Of a stretch of DNA of 64,000 nt, positions 37,672 to 47,143 are shown one piece after another. This stretch comes from Betaproteobacteria bacterium (GTDB lineage: Bacteria > Pseudomonadota > Gammaproteobacteria > Burkholderiales > SG8-41), in contig CANJQI010000003.1 of the NCBI GenBank assembly GCA_947476215.1, positions 5,980 to 69,979 on the forward strand, in the 5' to 3' direction. The position numbers were made by a program, and so were the translations under genes. The notes beneath the pieces are model-generated. The model searched no databases and was not told where the DNA came from. It saw nothing but the letters and a program-made list of their open reading frames with translations. The stretch's first letter is position 1; each line of letters begins with the position of its first letter.

Positions 37672-39023
37672 AGCTGATGTTCAGGTGGTGGAACAACAGC
37701 CACCATACGCGTCGCCGGAAATTTCAGGGTAAAGCGGCTTCCGCGTCCAGGCTCGCTGTCGATATTGAGTGTCGCGTCATGACGCAATAACACGTGCCTG
37801 ACAATGGCCAGCCCCAGCCCGGTGCCGCCCGTCGCGCGCGATCGACTGCGATCAACACGATAAAAGCGTTCGGTCAGCCTCGGAATGTGTTCTGCGGGTA
37901 TTCCGATCCCACTGTCCTCAACGCTGAACAGGCCTGCGCCATCGGTCATCTGCCAGCGTATTCCGACCTTGCCGCCCTGCGCGGTGTAGCGAATGGCGTT
38001 GCTGATCAAATTGCCGAATGCACTGCGCAACTCGATCTCCGAACCGAGTATTGCCCCCGGAGCCTGCACTTCAAGCTGAATATCGTGCCTCCCGCCGCTC
38101 AGCGACTGCGCATCACGAAGCAGTGCATTCATGAGCGGCGCGATCGCCACCGGCTCCCCGGCCACGCTGTTACTTTCATTCTCGAGCGCCGAGAGCACAA
38201 GCAGGTCTTCCACCAGACGCTGCATGTTATGCGCCTGCTCGGCCATTAGAGAGAGATAGCGCTCCAATTGCTGCGGCGCCGGACCGGTGGTCTGTATTGT
38301 TTCTATGAATCCGGATATCACCGTCAATGGCGTCTTGATTTCATGGGAAACATTGGCCACGAAATCGCGGCGCACGGTGGCCACACGCTCGAACTCCGTG
38401 ACATCTTGCCCGATAAGCAATTTCTCCTGATCGCCGTAAGGGATCAACTGCACGGATATCAGCAGTCCGCCGCCGCGATCCGACTTGAGCAGCAGTGCTT
38501 GTCCCGATCGGTCCGCGGCCAGATACGCGGCAAATTCGGGCTGGCGAATCAGGTTAAAAACCAGAGCCCCCTTGTCGCGCTCCCCGTCGAGCCCGAAATA
38601 CGTTTGCCCTGCTGCGTTACACCATTCGATATGATGTCCGGCGTCCAGCATTACGACGGCATCCGGCATCGCCTCCCCTGCATTTCGAAAGCGCTGCAAC
38701 GCTTCGGCAAGCGAGCGCCGCTCGCGGGACAGTTCCCGCGAAAACCGATGCAGTGCCGCAAAAACGGTTTCCCACACACCGCGGCCCGACGGAATCGGTG
38801 TTTCGACCGGCGACTGCACCCAGCGCTTCAAGGCCCGCAAATTCTGCACATGGAGCGCAACCATGCCCGCAAGACCGCAGGCAGCGATGCCGAGCCCCCA
38901 CACCGCCCCCGCCACAGCGCCTGCCACGAGCGCCGCCAAACCCAGCATTGCGCACGCGGTCAGTGTTCGTCTGAGTATCGAATCCACTCGATTATTTTGC
39001 ACTAATCCGATAGCCGCTGCCAC
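37650..39023 (-). CDS. phoR: Phosphate regulon sensor histidine kinase PhoR
   Basis: Two N-terminal TM helices, PAS, H-box SHEIKTPLTV, HATPase DSGIGIP...GGTGLGLAI. The start is uncertain (ATG 39023 overlaps phoB; GTG 38987 is an alternative). The 3' end overlaps the convergent phoU by 22 nt. Confidence 0.9.
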   Translation of the reverse strand: MAAAIGLVQNNRVDSILRRTLTACAMLGLAALVAGAVAGAVWGLGIAACGLAGMVALHVQNLRALKRWVQSPVETPIPSGRGVWETVFAALHRFSRELSRERRSLAEALQRFRNAGEAMPDAVVMLDAGHHIEWCNAAGQTYFGLDGERDKGALVFNLIRQPEFAAYLAADRSGQALLLKSDRGGGLLISVQLIPYGDQEKLLIGQDVTEFERVATVRRDFVANVSHEIKTPLTVISGFIETIQTTGPAPQQLERYLSLMAEQAHNMQRLVEDLLVLSALENESNSVAGEPVAIAPLMNALLRDAQSLSGGRHDIQLEVQAPGAILGSEIELRSAFGNLISNAIRYTAQGGKVGIRWQMTDGAGLFSVEDSGIGIPAEHIPRLTERFYRVDRSRSRATGGTGLGLAIVRHVLLRHDATLNIDSEPGRGSRFTLKFPATRMVAVVPPPEHQLQLAASR

Positions 39024-39678
39024 GCACAGTCTCTATCAGCCGATCATAACCGGACGCTTCGAGCGCGGCGCGCAAACGGCGCACATGAACGTCCACGGTG
39101 CGCTCCTCCACGAACACATGATCACCCCACACGTGGTCGAGCAATTGCGTGCGGCTGTAAACGCGCTCGGGGTGCGTCATCAGAAAATGCAGCATTCGAA
39201 ACTCGGTGGGCCCCAGTGCGACTTCCGTTCCGTCACAGGTAACACGGTGCGAACCCGGATCCAGTCTGAGTCCGCCTATTTCAACCGCCTCATCGGTTGC
39301 ATCAGGCGCGCTGCGCCGCAAGACCGCATTGATGCGGGCCAGCAATTCGCGCGGCGAAAACGGCTTGGTCATGTAGTCGTCCGCGCCCGCGTCGAGGCCG
39401 ACGACTTTGTCCTGCTCCTGAGATTTCGCGGTCAGTACGATGATGGGAACCGAGCGCGTGCGCTGCTCGCGGCGCAGACTGCGCGCAAACTCTATTCCCG
39501 ACTTTCCCGGCAGCATCCAGTCGAGCAATACCAGGTCAGGAAGTTCCTCGCGTAGCAATGTCTGGGCTGCTTCGGCGTCCAGCGCCTGCAAGATGCGATG
39601 TCCCGCATGCTTAAGGTTTGCCGCAATCAGTTCCTGTATGGCAGGTTCATCTTCGACAACTAAAATGCATGCGGACAT
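38992..39678 (-). CDS. phoB: Phosphate regulon response regulator PhoB (OmpR family)
   Basis: ILVVEDEPAIQELI...LLDWMLPG..., winged-helix C-terminus ...VDVHVRRLR...IETVRGSGYR. Confidence 0.93.
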   Translation of the reverse strand: MSACILVVEDEPAIQELIAANLKHAGHRILQALDAEAAQTLLREELPDLVLLDWMLPGKSGIEFARSLRREQRTRSVPIIVLTAKSQEQDKVVGLDAGADDYMTKPFSPRELLARINAVLRRSAPDATDEAVEIGGLRLDPGSHRVTCDGTEVALGPTEFRMLHFLMTHPERVYSRTQLLDHVWGDHVFVEERTVDVHVRRLRAALEASGYDRLIETVRGSGYRISAK

Positions 39679-39726
39679 GGTGTCTTTCGGAGGGAAAATA
39701 TGAGCATCGCCTTGTCATTGCGCGCA

Positions 39727-39759
39727 AGTGTATTGCATATTTGTTACAGACTTGTGACG
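39727..39759 (-). promoter_or_regulatory. Pho box and -10 upstream of phoB (autoregulation)
   Basis: The minus strand reads CGTCACaagtcTGTAACaaataTGCAAT, three half-sites in 11-bp phase. TACACT lies 10 nt after TGTAAC. Confidence 0.65.
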
Positions 39760-39835
39760 CCGATCAACGCAGTCCCGGGCAACCTTGGTCGCGATGAAAA
39801 TTTAGTGCCCCATCACATGAAGCGCCCACGATTCA

Positions 39836-40828
39836 TTATTCCTCGCGTATGCCGACGTCCTTGATCAGCTTGGCCCACTTGGCGAGATCCGACTTGATGG
39901 TTGACGCATAAGCCTGTGGCGAACCGCCGACGGTTTCGAGGCCGGCAGCGAGCAGGCGGTCTTTCACTTCCTGGCGACTGATAACGCGCGCTGTTTCCTG
40001 GTTCAACCGTTCGACGATATTTACAGGCGTTTTCGCCGGCGCAAGCGCACCGTAGATCTGCACCGACTCATAACCCGGCAGGCCCGATGCCGCCAGCGTA
40101 GGCATGCCGGGCGCCAGCACCGACGGCTTCAAACTCGTCACGGCGAGCGCCTTGACGCGGCCCGATTTGACATGCGGCGTGGCCGTTGCCGCGGCGGGAA
40201 ACATGATTTGCGCCTCGCCTGCGATGATGGCGTTGAGCGCCGGCCCGGCGCCTTTGTAGGTGACACGCACGATGTTGACGCCGGCCATGGTTCTGAACAA
40301 TTCCGCGCCCAGGTGGTTCGACGAGCCCGCCGCTGCGGACGAATAGTTGAGTTCTCCGGGTTTGGCCTTGGCGAGCGCGATCAGATCCTTGACGGTATTC
40401 GCCGCCAGCGACGTGTGAATCACCAACAGGTTGGGCGTGCTTGCTATCAATATCACCGGAGAAAAATCGCGCACCGGGTCGTAAGGCGGTTTTGCGCGCA
40501 GCAGCGGTGCGATCCAGATGATGCTGCCATTGAGCAGCAACGTGTATCCGTCGGGAGAGGCCCGGGACGCCACTTCCGCCGGAAAAATACCGACCCGGTT
40601 ATCGACTATCACCGGCTGGCCCAGCACGCCGGTCAGCCCCTGCGCAACCAATCGCCCGACCAGATCGGAGCCACCGCCAGGTTCCGCCGTCAGTATGCGA
40701 ACTGGTTTGCTCGGATAAACCTGACCTGAGCTTGTCGACGCGGCCTGGCCGAATACTGAACCGGCATTGAGAACTACAGAAATCGTCAAGATCAATCCTG
40801 TTACACGCATAAGATACGCCATAGTCAC
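39836..40828 (-). CDS. Bug-family TTT substrate-binding protein
   Basis: Signal peptide, then YPSKPVRILTAEPGGGSDLVGR... Confidence 0.9.
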   Translation of the reverse strand: MTMAYLMRVTGLILTISVVLNAGSVFGQAASTSSGQVYPSKPVRILTAEPGGGSDLVGRLVAQGLTGVLGQPVIVDNRVGIFPAEVASRASPDGYTLLLNGSIIWIAPLLRAKPPYDPVRDFSPVILIASTPNLLVIHTSLAANTVKDLIALAKAKPGELNYSSAAAGSSNHLGAELFRTMAGVNIVRVTYKGAGPALNAIIAGEAQIMFPAAATATPHVKSGRVKALAVTSLKPSVLAPGMPTLAASGLPGYESVQIYGALAPAKTPVNIVERLNQETARVISRQEVKDRLLAAGLETVGGSPQAYASTIKSDLAKWAKLIKDVGIREE

Positions 40829-40868
40829 TCCACAATGGTAATGGGGTCATTCATTGCGCACAGCACTG

Positions 40869-41318
40869 CTAGCTCTCCAATTCCGACAACAGCAAGATAT
40901 CAATTCCATCCACCTTGCGCCATGCGGCGTCATTTGTCACCGCCAGGGTAGCGCCACGCTCAACCGCCGTTGCAAGCATGATTGCGTCTGGTGTACGCAT
41001 TCCGCACTTCGCCCGGATCTCGGCCGCACGCACCAGTACGGCGCGCGATATTGGCACAAGCGCCAGATGCGGGAAATGCGTCAGCGTCAACTCGATTTCA
41101 TCGGCAACGTCCGGCAGTTTCTTTTTCAACGGTGCCACCAGTAATTCCAGCAACACCAGTTCCGACACTATTGCATCGACCCTTCCCCGAGTGACGGCAT
41201 TCAGTATGTCGTCGGCTGCAGGCCCGAATACGGGTGAGCCCTCGAAATGATATATCCAGACAGAAGTATCGAGCGCAATCAACCGGTGATTGGCCAGCGC
41301 GGATGCTATCGACCCCAC
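40869..41318 (-). CDS. vapC: PIN-domain toxin (VapC family)
   Basis: 149-aa ORF, LIALDTSVWIY...(D)...SELVLLELL...TPDAIMLATA, the acidic PIN residues pattern. It overlaps the upstream antitoxin gene by 13 nt. Confidence 0.8.
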   Translation of the reverse strand: MGSIASALANHRLIALDTSVWIYHFEGSPVFGPAADDILNAVTRGRVDAIVSELVLLELLVAPLKKKLPDVADEIELTLTHFPHLALVPISRAVLVRAAEIRAKCGMRTPDAIMLATAVERGATLAVTNDAAWRKVDGIDILLLSELES

Positions 41319-41533
41319 GCGCCTCTCTCTCGATCCAGAAAGCCCTTGCCCCAGACGCCTTTGTGACGACCGGAAAAACGCTTCACAAAATTGCGCGGCT
41401 CCGGCATGAACACGATACGGTCATCCTTGACCAGCACGAGCAAACGCGCACCGGGTCCCACGCCCAGTTTTCGGCGGGCTTCCTGTGGAATAACGACCTG
41501 ATTTTTGCTGCTTAGCGTAACTGTGGAAGGCAT
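41306..41533 (-). CDS. vapB: AbrB/SpoVT/MazE-fold antitoxin (VapB type)
   Basis: 75-aa ORF. TVTLSSKNQVVIPQEARRKLGVGPGARLLV is a typical swapped-hairpin antitoxin N-terminus. Confidence 0.8.
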   Translation of the reverse strand: MPSTVTLSSKNQVVIPQEARRKLGVGPGARLLVLVKDDRIVFMPEPRNFVKRFSGRHKGVWGKGFLDRERGAWGR

Positions 41534-41666
41534 GGAAGCACCGTAAAGTGATTTTGCGAAATCATTTTACCACGGTACATTCTGTGAACCTTCAACGACT
41601 CAACGATACAGCCAGCCCACGCCATCATTTCGGCCACTGCCGGCGCTCGACCGAACTCGGGATTTT

Positions 41667-42635
41667 TTACTCCTCGCGGATACCCACATCCTTGATGAGT
41701 TTGCCTAGCACCGTCATTTCCGACTTCACGGTGGCGGCGAGTTGTTCGGGCGTGCTGCCTATGATCTCGACGCCGGCATTGAAGAATCTCTCTTTCACCT
41801 CCGGCAGTTTCAGCACGCGCACGATCTCGTCGTTGAGCCGGCTGATGATGGCTGCCGGTGTCCTCGCCGGCGCAAATACACCGTATACAGTTGCGGATTG
41901 ATATCCGGGCAGTCCGGTTGTGGCCACGGTGGCCAGGCCGGGCGCGAGCGCGGTGGGCTGGGACGTCGTTACCGCCAGCGCCTTGAGGCGGCCGGACTTG
42001 ACGTGCGGCCAACCGGCGGCGGTCGTCGATACCATCATCTGCACCTGTCCGGAAATCAGTGCATTGAGGGCCGGGCCTGAACCACGATAAGGAACCCGCA
42101 CGATGTTGACGCCAGCCATGGCCTTGAACAGCTCCGCCGCGAGATGCGTCGCCGCACCGGTGCCCGATGAAGCGTAGTTGAGCTCGCCCGGTTTGGATTT
42201 TGCCAGCGCGATCAGTTCCTTGACCGAACCGGCCGCCACCGACGGGTGCACAACTATGATATTCGGAGAAATCACCGGCATGGTGATGGGCAGGAAATCT
42301 TTCACCGGATCGTAGGGCACGTTGTCGCGCATGAACGGCAGCAGCCAGATATTGCTGCCATAGAGCAGCAGGGTGTGGCCGTCGGCCTGGGCCTTGTACA
42401 CCGCGTCTCCCGCGGCAAGGCCGCTGCCACCGCGGTTGTCGACGATCACCTGCTGCCCGAGGCTGGCGGTGAGTCCCTGCGCGATCAGGCGCGATGCAAG
42501 ATCGTTGCCACCACCCGGTTCGGCGGTGACGATACGCACGGGTTTGCTTGGATAATTTTGCGCCCACGCAGGACCATGACCCGAAGACCAGGTTCCAATA
42601 ACTACTGTGCATAGAGCCAGATACGGAATTTGCAT
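41667..42635 (-). CDS. Bug-family TTT substrate-binding protein
   Basis: Start at MQIPYLALC (GGAG upstream), then YPSKPVRIVTAEPGGGNDLASR... Confidence 0.9.
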   Translation of the reverse strand: MQIPYLALCTVVIGTWSSGHGPAWAQNYPSKPVRIVTAEPGGGNDLASRLIAQGLTASLGQQVIVDNRGGSGLAAGDAVYKAQADGHTLLLYGSNIWLLPFMRDNVPYDPVKDFLPITMPVISPNIIVVHPSVAAGSVKELIALAKSKPGELNYASSGTGAATHLAAELFKAMAGVNIVRVPYRGSGPALNALISGQVQMMVSTTAAGWPHVKSGRLKALAVTTSQPTALAPGLATVATTGLPGYQSATVYGVFAPARTPAAIISRLNDEIVRVLKLPEVKERFFNAGVEIIGSTPEQLAATVKSEMTVLGKLIKDVGIREE

Positions 42636-42669
42636 GCTTTCTCCATTCCTCCCGTTCATTCAAACGCTC

Positions 42670-42803
42670 AACGCAGAGGTCGCGGAGGACGCTAAGGTTC
42701 GCAGGGGAAACCCTTGGTTACCTAATTCCGGAATAATCTTTAAGCCGCGCAACCTTTGATCACTCTACGCATTCTACCCGAGCACCACTGCGTCCTCTGC
42801 GTT
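42670..42803. repeat. MITE-like element, family 3, copy 2
   Basis: The left arm is AACGCAGAGGTCGCGGAGGACGCTAAGGTTCGCAGGGGAAA. The reverse complement of the right end is AACGCAGAGGACGCAGTGGTGCTCGGG. The termini match those of the 30425-30577 copy. Confidence 0.6.
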
Positions 42804-42810
42804 GCATTCG

Positions 42811-42973
42811 TATCTACACATCTCCGATCTCCCCATTACGCAGAATCGTAGGGCGGCATATTCATGCCGCCGCCAGTCACGGCGTACGATGGATCGAGCG
42901 CAGCGAGACCCATCAGACGAACTCGGCTATGGCATGCCGCGACTGATGGGTTTCGTTCCTCAATCCATCCTAC
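42811..42973 (+). repeat. REP/MITE-like palindromic element, family 1, copy a
   Basis: tatctacacatct...gtacgatggatcgagcgcagcgagacccatcag-[25 nt]-ctgatgggtttcgttcctcaatccatcctac, with an extra hairpin (ggcggcat-attc-atgccgcc) inserted at 42852-42871. Confidence 0.7.
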
Positions 42974-43029
42974 AGTGGCTGCGTCCCCTGCGTCGCAAGT
43001 CTTAGCGAATCAGAACGGTGATAAGCGCG

Positions 43030-44814
43030 CTATCGCGAATCCCGCTCTGAACTGAAAAGAGCCACCGCCTCGCTCACCACGCCCGCGCTTCCCATCACGT
43101 TCCTCGCCCATCCTTCAGCAGTTACGGCAATTGACTCGGCATAAAACCGGGCAATCACGACACGCATCTCGTCTACGGGCGATGCGCTTTCAGTCGCCGC
43201 CAGCGCACTTTTCGCCAGCAACGTGCCTCCCAGGCAGATACCAAGCAATTTCAGGTACGGCGTCGCTACAGCCAGCAATTCGGCGGACTGGCGCCGCTGG
43301 TCCAGCAACCACTGGGTTGCCTGCGCACAGGCGTCTATCGCCACGGATAAGCGCTCAGCCATTCCCGCCACGCGATCATCAGCATGGCCGGTCGTCTTCC
43401 GCGCGATGGCGCGCATTTCTTCGATCAACGCGACAACCACCGCACCGCCGTCCGGCAGGACGCGCCGCATGACCAGATCTATCGCCTGTATGCCATTGGT
43501 GCCTTCATAAATAGGTGCGATGCGCGCATCGCGCCAGTGCTGGGCGGCTCCGGCTTCTTCGACATAGCCTATGCCGCCATGGACCTGTATTCCCAGCGAT
43601 GCGACTTCCACCCCGGCATCCGACGCAAAGGCCTTGGTAAGCGGCGTCAACAGATCGGCGCGCAAACACGCTGCATCGCGCGATGCAGCTGTATCCGCAC
43701 TCGCCGATCGTTCGATTTCGGCCGCGGCGCGATAAGCAATTGCGCGTGCTGCCGCAGTCCAGGCCATCATCGTCAAAACATTTCGGCTCACATCCGGATG
43801 TTCAATGATCGCGGCGGGCGCACCACCGGCATTGCGTCCCTGCCGCCGCTCGCGTGCGTAGGCCAGCGCCTGCTGCGTCGCACGCTCGGCAATGGCGACA
43901 CCCTGCAGCCCCGTCGCCAGCCGCGATTTATTCATCATGGTAAACATGCAGCGCAAGCCCTGATTCGGCTCACCCACCAGCCATCCGGCTGCGCCGCTGT
44001 TTTCTCCGTATGTCATGGTGCAGGTGGGGCTGGAACGAATGCCGAGCTTATGTTCTATGCCGGCGCAAGATACGTCGTTGCGCGGGCCGCACGAACCATC
44101 GGCGGCAGGAATGAATTTCGGCACGATAAACAGCGATATGCCCCGGGTGCCGGCGGGCGCACCGGGCAGGCGCGCGAGCACAAGGTGGACGATGTTTTCC
44201 GTCAGGTCGTGCTCGCCGAACGTAATGAAGATTTTCTGGCCTTTGATGCGATACGAGCCGTCCTCCGCCGGCGTCGCGCTCGTGCGCAGCGTACCCAGAT
44301 CGCTTCCCGCCTGCGATTCGGTAAGATCCATGGTTGCTGCCCATACGCCGGAAATGAGTTTCGGCACATACAGGCGTTTCAGTTCATCGCTGGCATGCGC
44401 CACCAGCGCGTCGACGGCGCCATGCGTGAGCACCAGCATCGTGCCCATGGCCATGCATGCGCTGGTCAGCATCTCCATCGTGGCAGTACCCAGAATGGCG
44501 GGCATGCCCATGCCGCCATACGCTGCCGGCAGCGATATGCCGATCCAGCCCGCGTCAGCCCATGCGCGGTACGCAGCCTTCCAGCCTGCCGGCATTGTCA
44601 CGTCACCGTCACGCCATGTCGCCGGCGACCGGTCGGACGGAAGATTGAGCGGCGCAATAATGTCGGCAGCCAGGCCGGCCGCGCCACTGAGTATCGTCTC
44701 TACGTCGCTTTGCGCAACCTCGGCCGAGACACGCGCCAGGCCGTCGCGCCAGCACGCTACCTGCTCCATGACAAACGACATTTCCGACACGGGCGGTGTA
44801 TATGCCATGCTCAT
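43030..44814 (-). CDS. Long-form acyl-CoA dehydrogenase (~594 aa, with C-terminal extension)
   Basis: ACAD motifs (LTESQAGSDLG, ...FITFGEHD..., IYEGTNGIQAIDL). Confidence 0.88.
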   Translation of the reverse strand: MSMAYTPPVSEMSFVMEQVACWRDGLARVSAEVAQSDVETILSGAAGLAADIIAPLNLPSDRSPATWRDGDVTMPAGWKAAYRAWADAGWIGISLPAAYGGMGMPAILGTATMEMLTSACMAMGTMLVLTHGAVDALVAHASDELKRLYVPKLISGVWAATMDLTESQAGSDLGTLRTSATPAEDGSYRIKGQKIFITFGEHDLTENIVHLVLARLPGAPAGTRGISLFIVPKFIPAADGSCGPRNDVSCAGIEHKLGIRSSPTCTMTYGENSGAAGWLVGEPNQGLRCMFTMMNKSRLATGLQGVAIAERATQQALAYARERRQGRNAGGAPAAIIEHPDVSRNVLTMMAWTAAARAIAYRAAAEIERSASADTAASRDAACLRADLLTPLTKAFASDAGVEVASLGIQVHGGIGYVEEAGAAQHWRDARIAPIYEGTNGIQAIDLVMRRVLPDGGAVVVALIEEMRAIARKTTGHADDRVAGMAERLSVAIDACAQATQWLLDQRRQSAELLAVATPYLKLLGICLGGTLLAKSALAATESASPVDEMRVVIARFYAESIAVTAEGWARNVMGSAGVVSEAVALFSSERDSR

Positions 44815-44830
44815 GACCGCCTCCCGAACA

Positions 44831-47143
44831 TCAGTTGCGCAGCGGTTTGCCGGTCGCCAGCATGTGACGCATGCGTGCCAGCGTCTCTGATTTATCAGTC
44901 AGTGCCAGCACCGCTTCACATTCAAGCCGGTAAACGCGTTCTTCGGCAACGGGCGCCAGCGGATCCGCTTCACCTCCCGTCAGCACCGTCGCAAGCGCCC
45001 CGGCGACAACCTCGTCGTGTTTGCTGGCGCGGCCCGCAATGGCGTGGCCGTGCACAAAATTCACGAGCGCCATACGTGCCGAGCGTCCCGGCAGCGCCAA
45101 CGCGGCAGCTTCAGGCGGCCGATAGCCGGCCTCCGCCATGGCAAGCGCCTGGTCGCGGGCCGCGGCCAACACCCGATCCGGATTCATGACGATGGTATCC
45201 GTCGCGCGCAGGTAGCCATGCTGACCAGCCTCCAGTGCCGAACGCGACAGCGTCGCCATGGACAACGTTTCAAACACCCTGGAGGCGACTGCCGCCGGGC
45301 CACCACCCGACGCTGGTGCAGCCGAGGCGCGCGCCAACATGCGTGCGCACCCGCCCCACCCAGGCACGATCCCCACTCTCGCCTCGGGCAATCCCACCAT
45401 CAGTTCGGCGTGCACGACCGCCGCGCTACAGTGCATCATTAACTCGCAGCCGCCGCCAAGCGCCATGCCCGACACTGCCGCGACCACGGGAAACGGGGCA
45501 AGCATCAATGAGCGAAATGCGTGCTGGCCGCTCTGAATGAAACGCTCGATGGCGGCGTGTTCGCCGCGCTCGATCAAGCCGATGAAGAATTCGAGGTTGG
45601 CGCCGGCGGAAAATGCGCGCGAATTGCAACCGCCGACGACAAGTGCGCGAAATCCACGCGGCACCTCGTGCGGCAACCGTTCGATAAACTCGATCACGCG
45701 TTCGTCTATGACGTTAAGTTTGGTACGCAGTTCGAGGCAGGCCACACCATTGCCGATATCCCACAGCGCCGCGGATGCATTTTCAGCCACGCTGGCGCGG
45801 CCTTCGATGGCGTCAGCCAGGGTCAGCACACCTTGGGGCCGTTGACGAACGCGAGCGCGCCCGTCCGTGCCAAGAAACCTGCGCCCACTCTCCTGGTAGA
45901 AGCCACCCGCGCTGACTGCCTGTGCAAGTAATTCCGGCACAGCCTCGCCGTCCGCAGCCAACCGCTCGGCAATTCTCGCCACGCCAACGCGGTCCGCGAG
46001 CGCAAACGGTCCCGCCGCCCAGTTGTAGCCCAGTTGCATGCCCAGATCTATGGTGGCGATATCGTCGGCAATTTCCGGTCCGACGCGCGCGGCATAGGAT
46101 ACGACCCGCGACAGAACCCGCCACGCATAGCGGCCGCCACGATCGTCAAACTCGCACAGGCGCGCGAGATCGCGGCCGGCAGCGGTCACACTCTCCAGCG
46201 TCACAGGCTGCGCCGGCCGATAGGAAGCGCTCGCCAGATCGTATACTTCGCGATTACGCGAAGTGCCCTGTCCGCCCATCCGGTAAAAACCCGCGCCGGC
46301 TTTGCGTCCCAGCCGTCCCTCGGCGACCATGCGGCGCAGCACCGCGTGACCGGGCAAGTCGCAAACCTGAAACGGATCGTCGGCAGGCAGCGCGGAACGC
46401 AGGCTCGCCCACACGCTGGGTATCAGATCGAGGCCGACGAGATCAATGAGTCCAAAGATACCGGTGGCCGGCACACCGAACGGTGGTCCCGCGATGGCAT
46501 CCGCCTCTTCCACGCTCAATCCCAGCGCAATCGCCTCCAGCGCGGCCACAGACATCCAGTAGCAGCCCACACGATTGGCAACGAAGCCGGGCGTATCGCG
46601 GCAATTGATGACCGTCTTGCCGAGAACGATGTCTCCCGCAAGACGCACGCGCTCAACGATCTCCATCCGCGTGTCCGCACCACTGACAATCTCAAGCAGG
46701 CGCATGTAGCGCGGCGGATTGAAAAAATGGCTGACGACAAAATCACCGGCAAAGCGCTCACCCAGTCCGGCAATAAGCTGCGCCCGCGGTATCGTCGAGG
46801 TATTCGACGATACCATAGAGCCAGATTTTCGAACAGCATCAAGTCGTTGATAAATATCATGTTTTATGGCTTCGTTCTCGACGACAGCCTCGACGATCCA
46901 GTCGGCATCGGCAACCAGTCCAAGGTGGTCGTCGATGTTGCCGGGCGTCACCAGAGCGGCTTGGTCAGGATGCATGAAGCCGCCCACCTTCAACTGCCGG
47001 GCGATCGCCGATTCAGCAAGGACTGAGCGATTGCTTGCGCCTGCGGGGACGACATCAAGCAACACCACCGGAACCCCGGCATTGGCAAACTGCGCCGCGA
47101 TCCCGGAACCCATGGTGCCGGCGCCTATTACTGCTGCTTTAAT
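44831..47143 (-). CDS. Bifunctional 3-hydroxyacyl-CoA dehydrogenase / enoyl-CoA hydratase (N-terminal HADH, C-terminal crotonase)
   Basis: The track ORF begins at M within the Rossmann motif (..GTMGSGIAAQ). The frame stays open upstream to a TGA at 47150-47152 and reads I-K-A-A-V-I-G-A-G-T-M-G. The true start is therefore probably the ATT at 47141-47143. The crotonase part is at ...FSAGANLEFF... Confidence 0.8.
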   Translation of the reverse strand: MKAAVIGAGTMGSGIAAQFANAGVPVVLLDVVPAGASNRSVLAESAIARQLKVGGFMHPDQAALVTPGNIDDHLGLVADADWIVEAVVENEAIKHDIYQRLDAVRKSGSMVSSNTSTIPRAQLIAGLGERFAGDFVVSHFFNPPRYMRLLEIVSGADTRMEIVERVRLAGDIVLGKTVINCRDTPGFVANRVGCYWMSVAALEAIALGLSVEEADAIAGPPFGVPATGIFGLIDLVGLDLIPSVWASLRSALPADDPFQVCDLPGHAVLRRMVAEGRLGRKAGAGFYRMGGQGTSRNREVYDLASASYRPAQPVTLESVTAAGRDLARLCEFDDRGGRYAWRVLSRVVSYAARVGPEIADDIATIDLGMQLGYNWAAGPFALADRVGVARIAERLAADGEAVPELLAQAVSAGGFYQESGRRFLGTDGRARVRQRPQGVLTLADAIEGRASVAENASAALWDIGNGVACLELRTKLNVIDERVIEFIERLPHEVPRGFRALVVGGCNSRAFSAGANLEFFIGLIERGEHAAIERFIQSGQHAFRSLMLAPFPVVAAVSGMALGGGCELMMHCSAAVVHAELMVGLPEARVGIVPGWGGCARMLARASAAPASGGGPAAVASRVFETLSMATLSRSALEAGQHGYLRATDTIVMNPDRVLAAARDQALAMAEAGYRPPEAAALALPGRSARMALVNFVHGHAIAGRASKHDEVVAGALATVLTGGEADPLAPVAEERVYRLECEAVLALTDKSETLARMRHMLATGKPLRN

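Noticed and set aside
41512-42663. 383-aa minus-strand ORF overlapping the Bug gene in another frame
   Set aside because: The alternative frame (41667-42635) gives a canonical Bug protein. This frame is Arg/Gly/Pro-rich nonsense.
43384-45189. 601-aa plus-strand ORF
   Set aside because: It is antisense to the acyl-CoA dehydrogenase and the FadB-like gene, so it is a shadow ORF.
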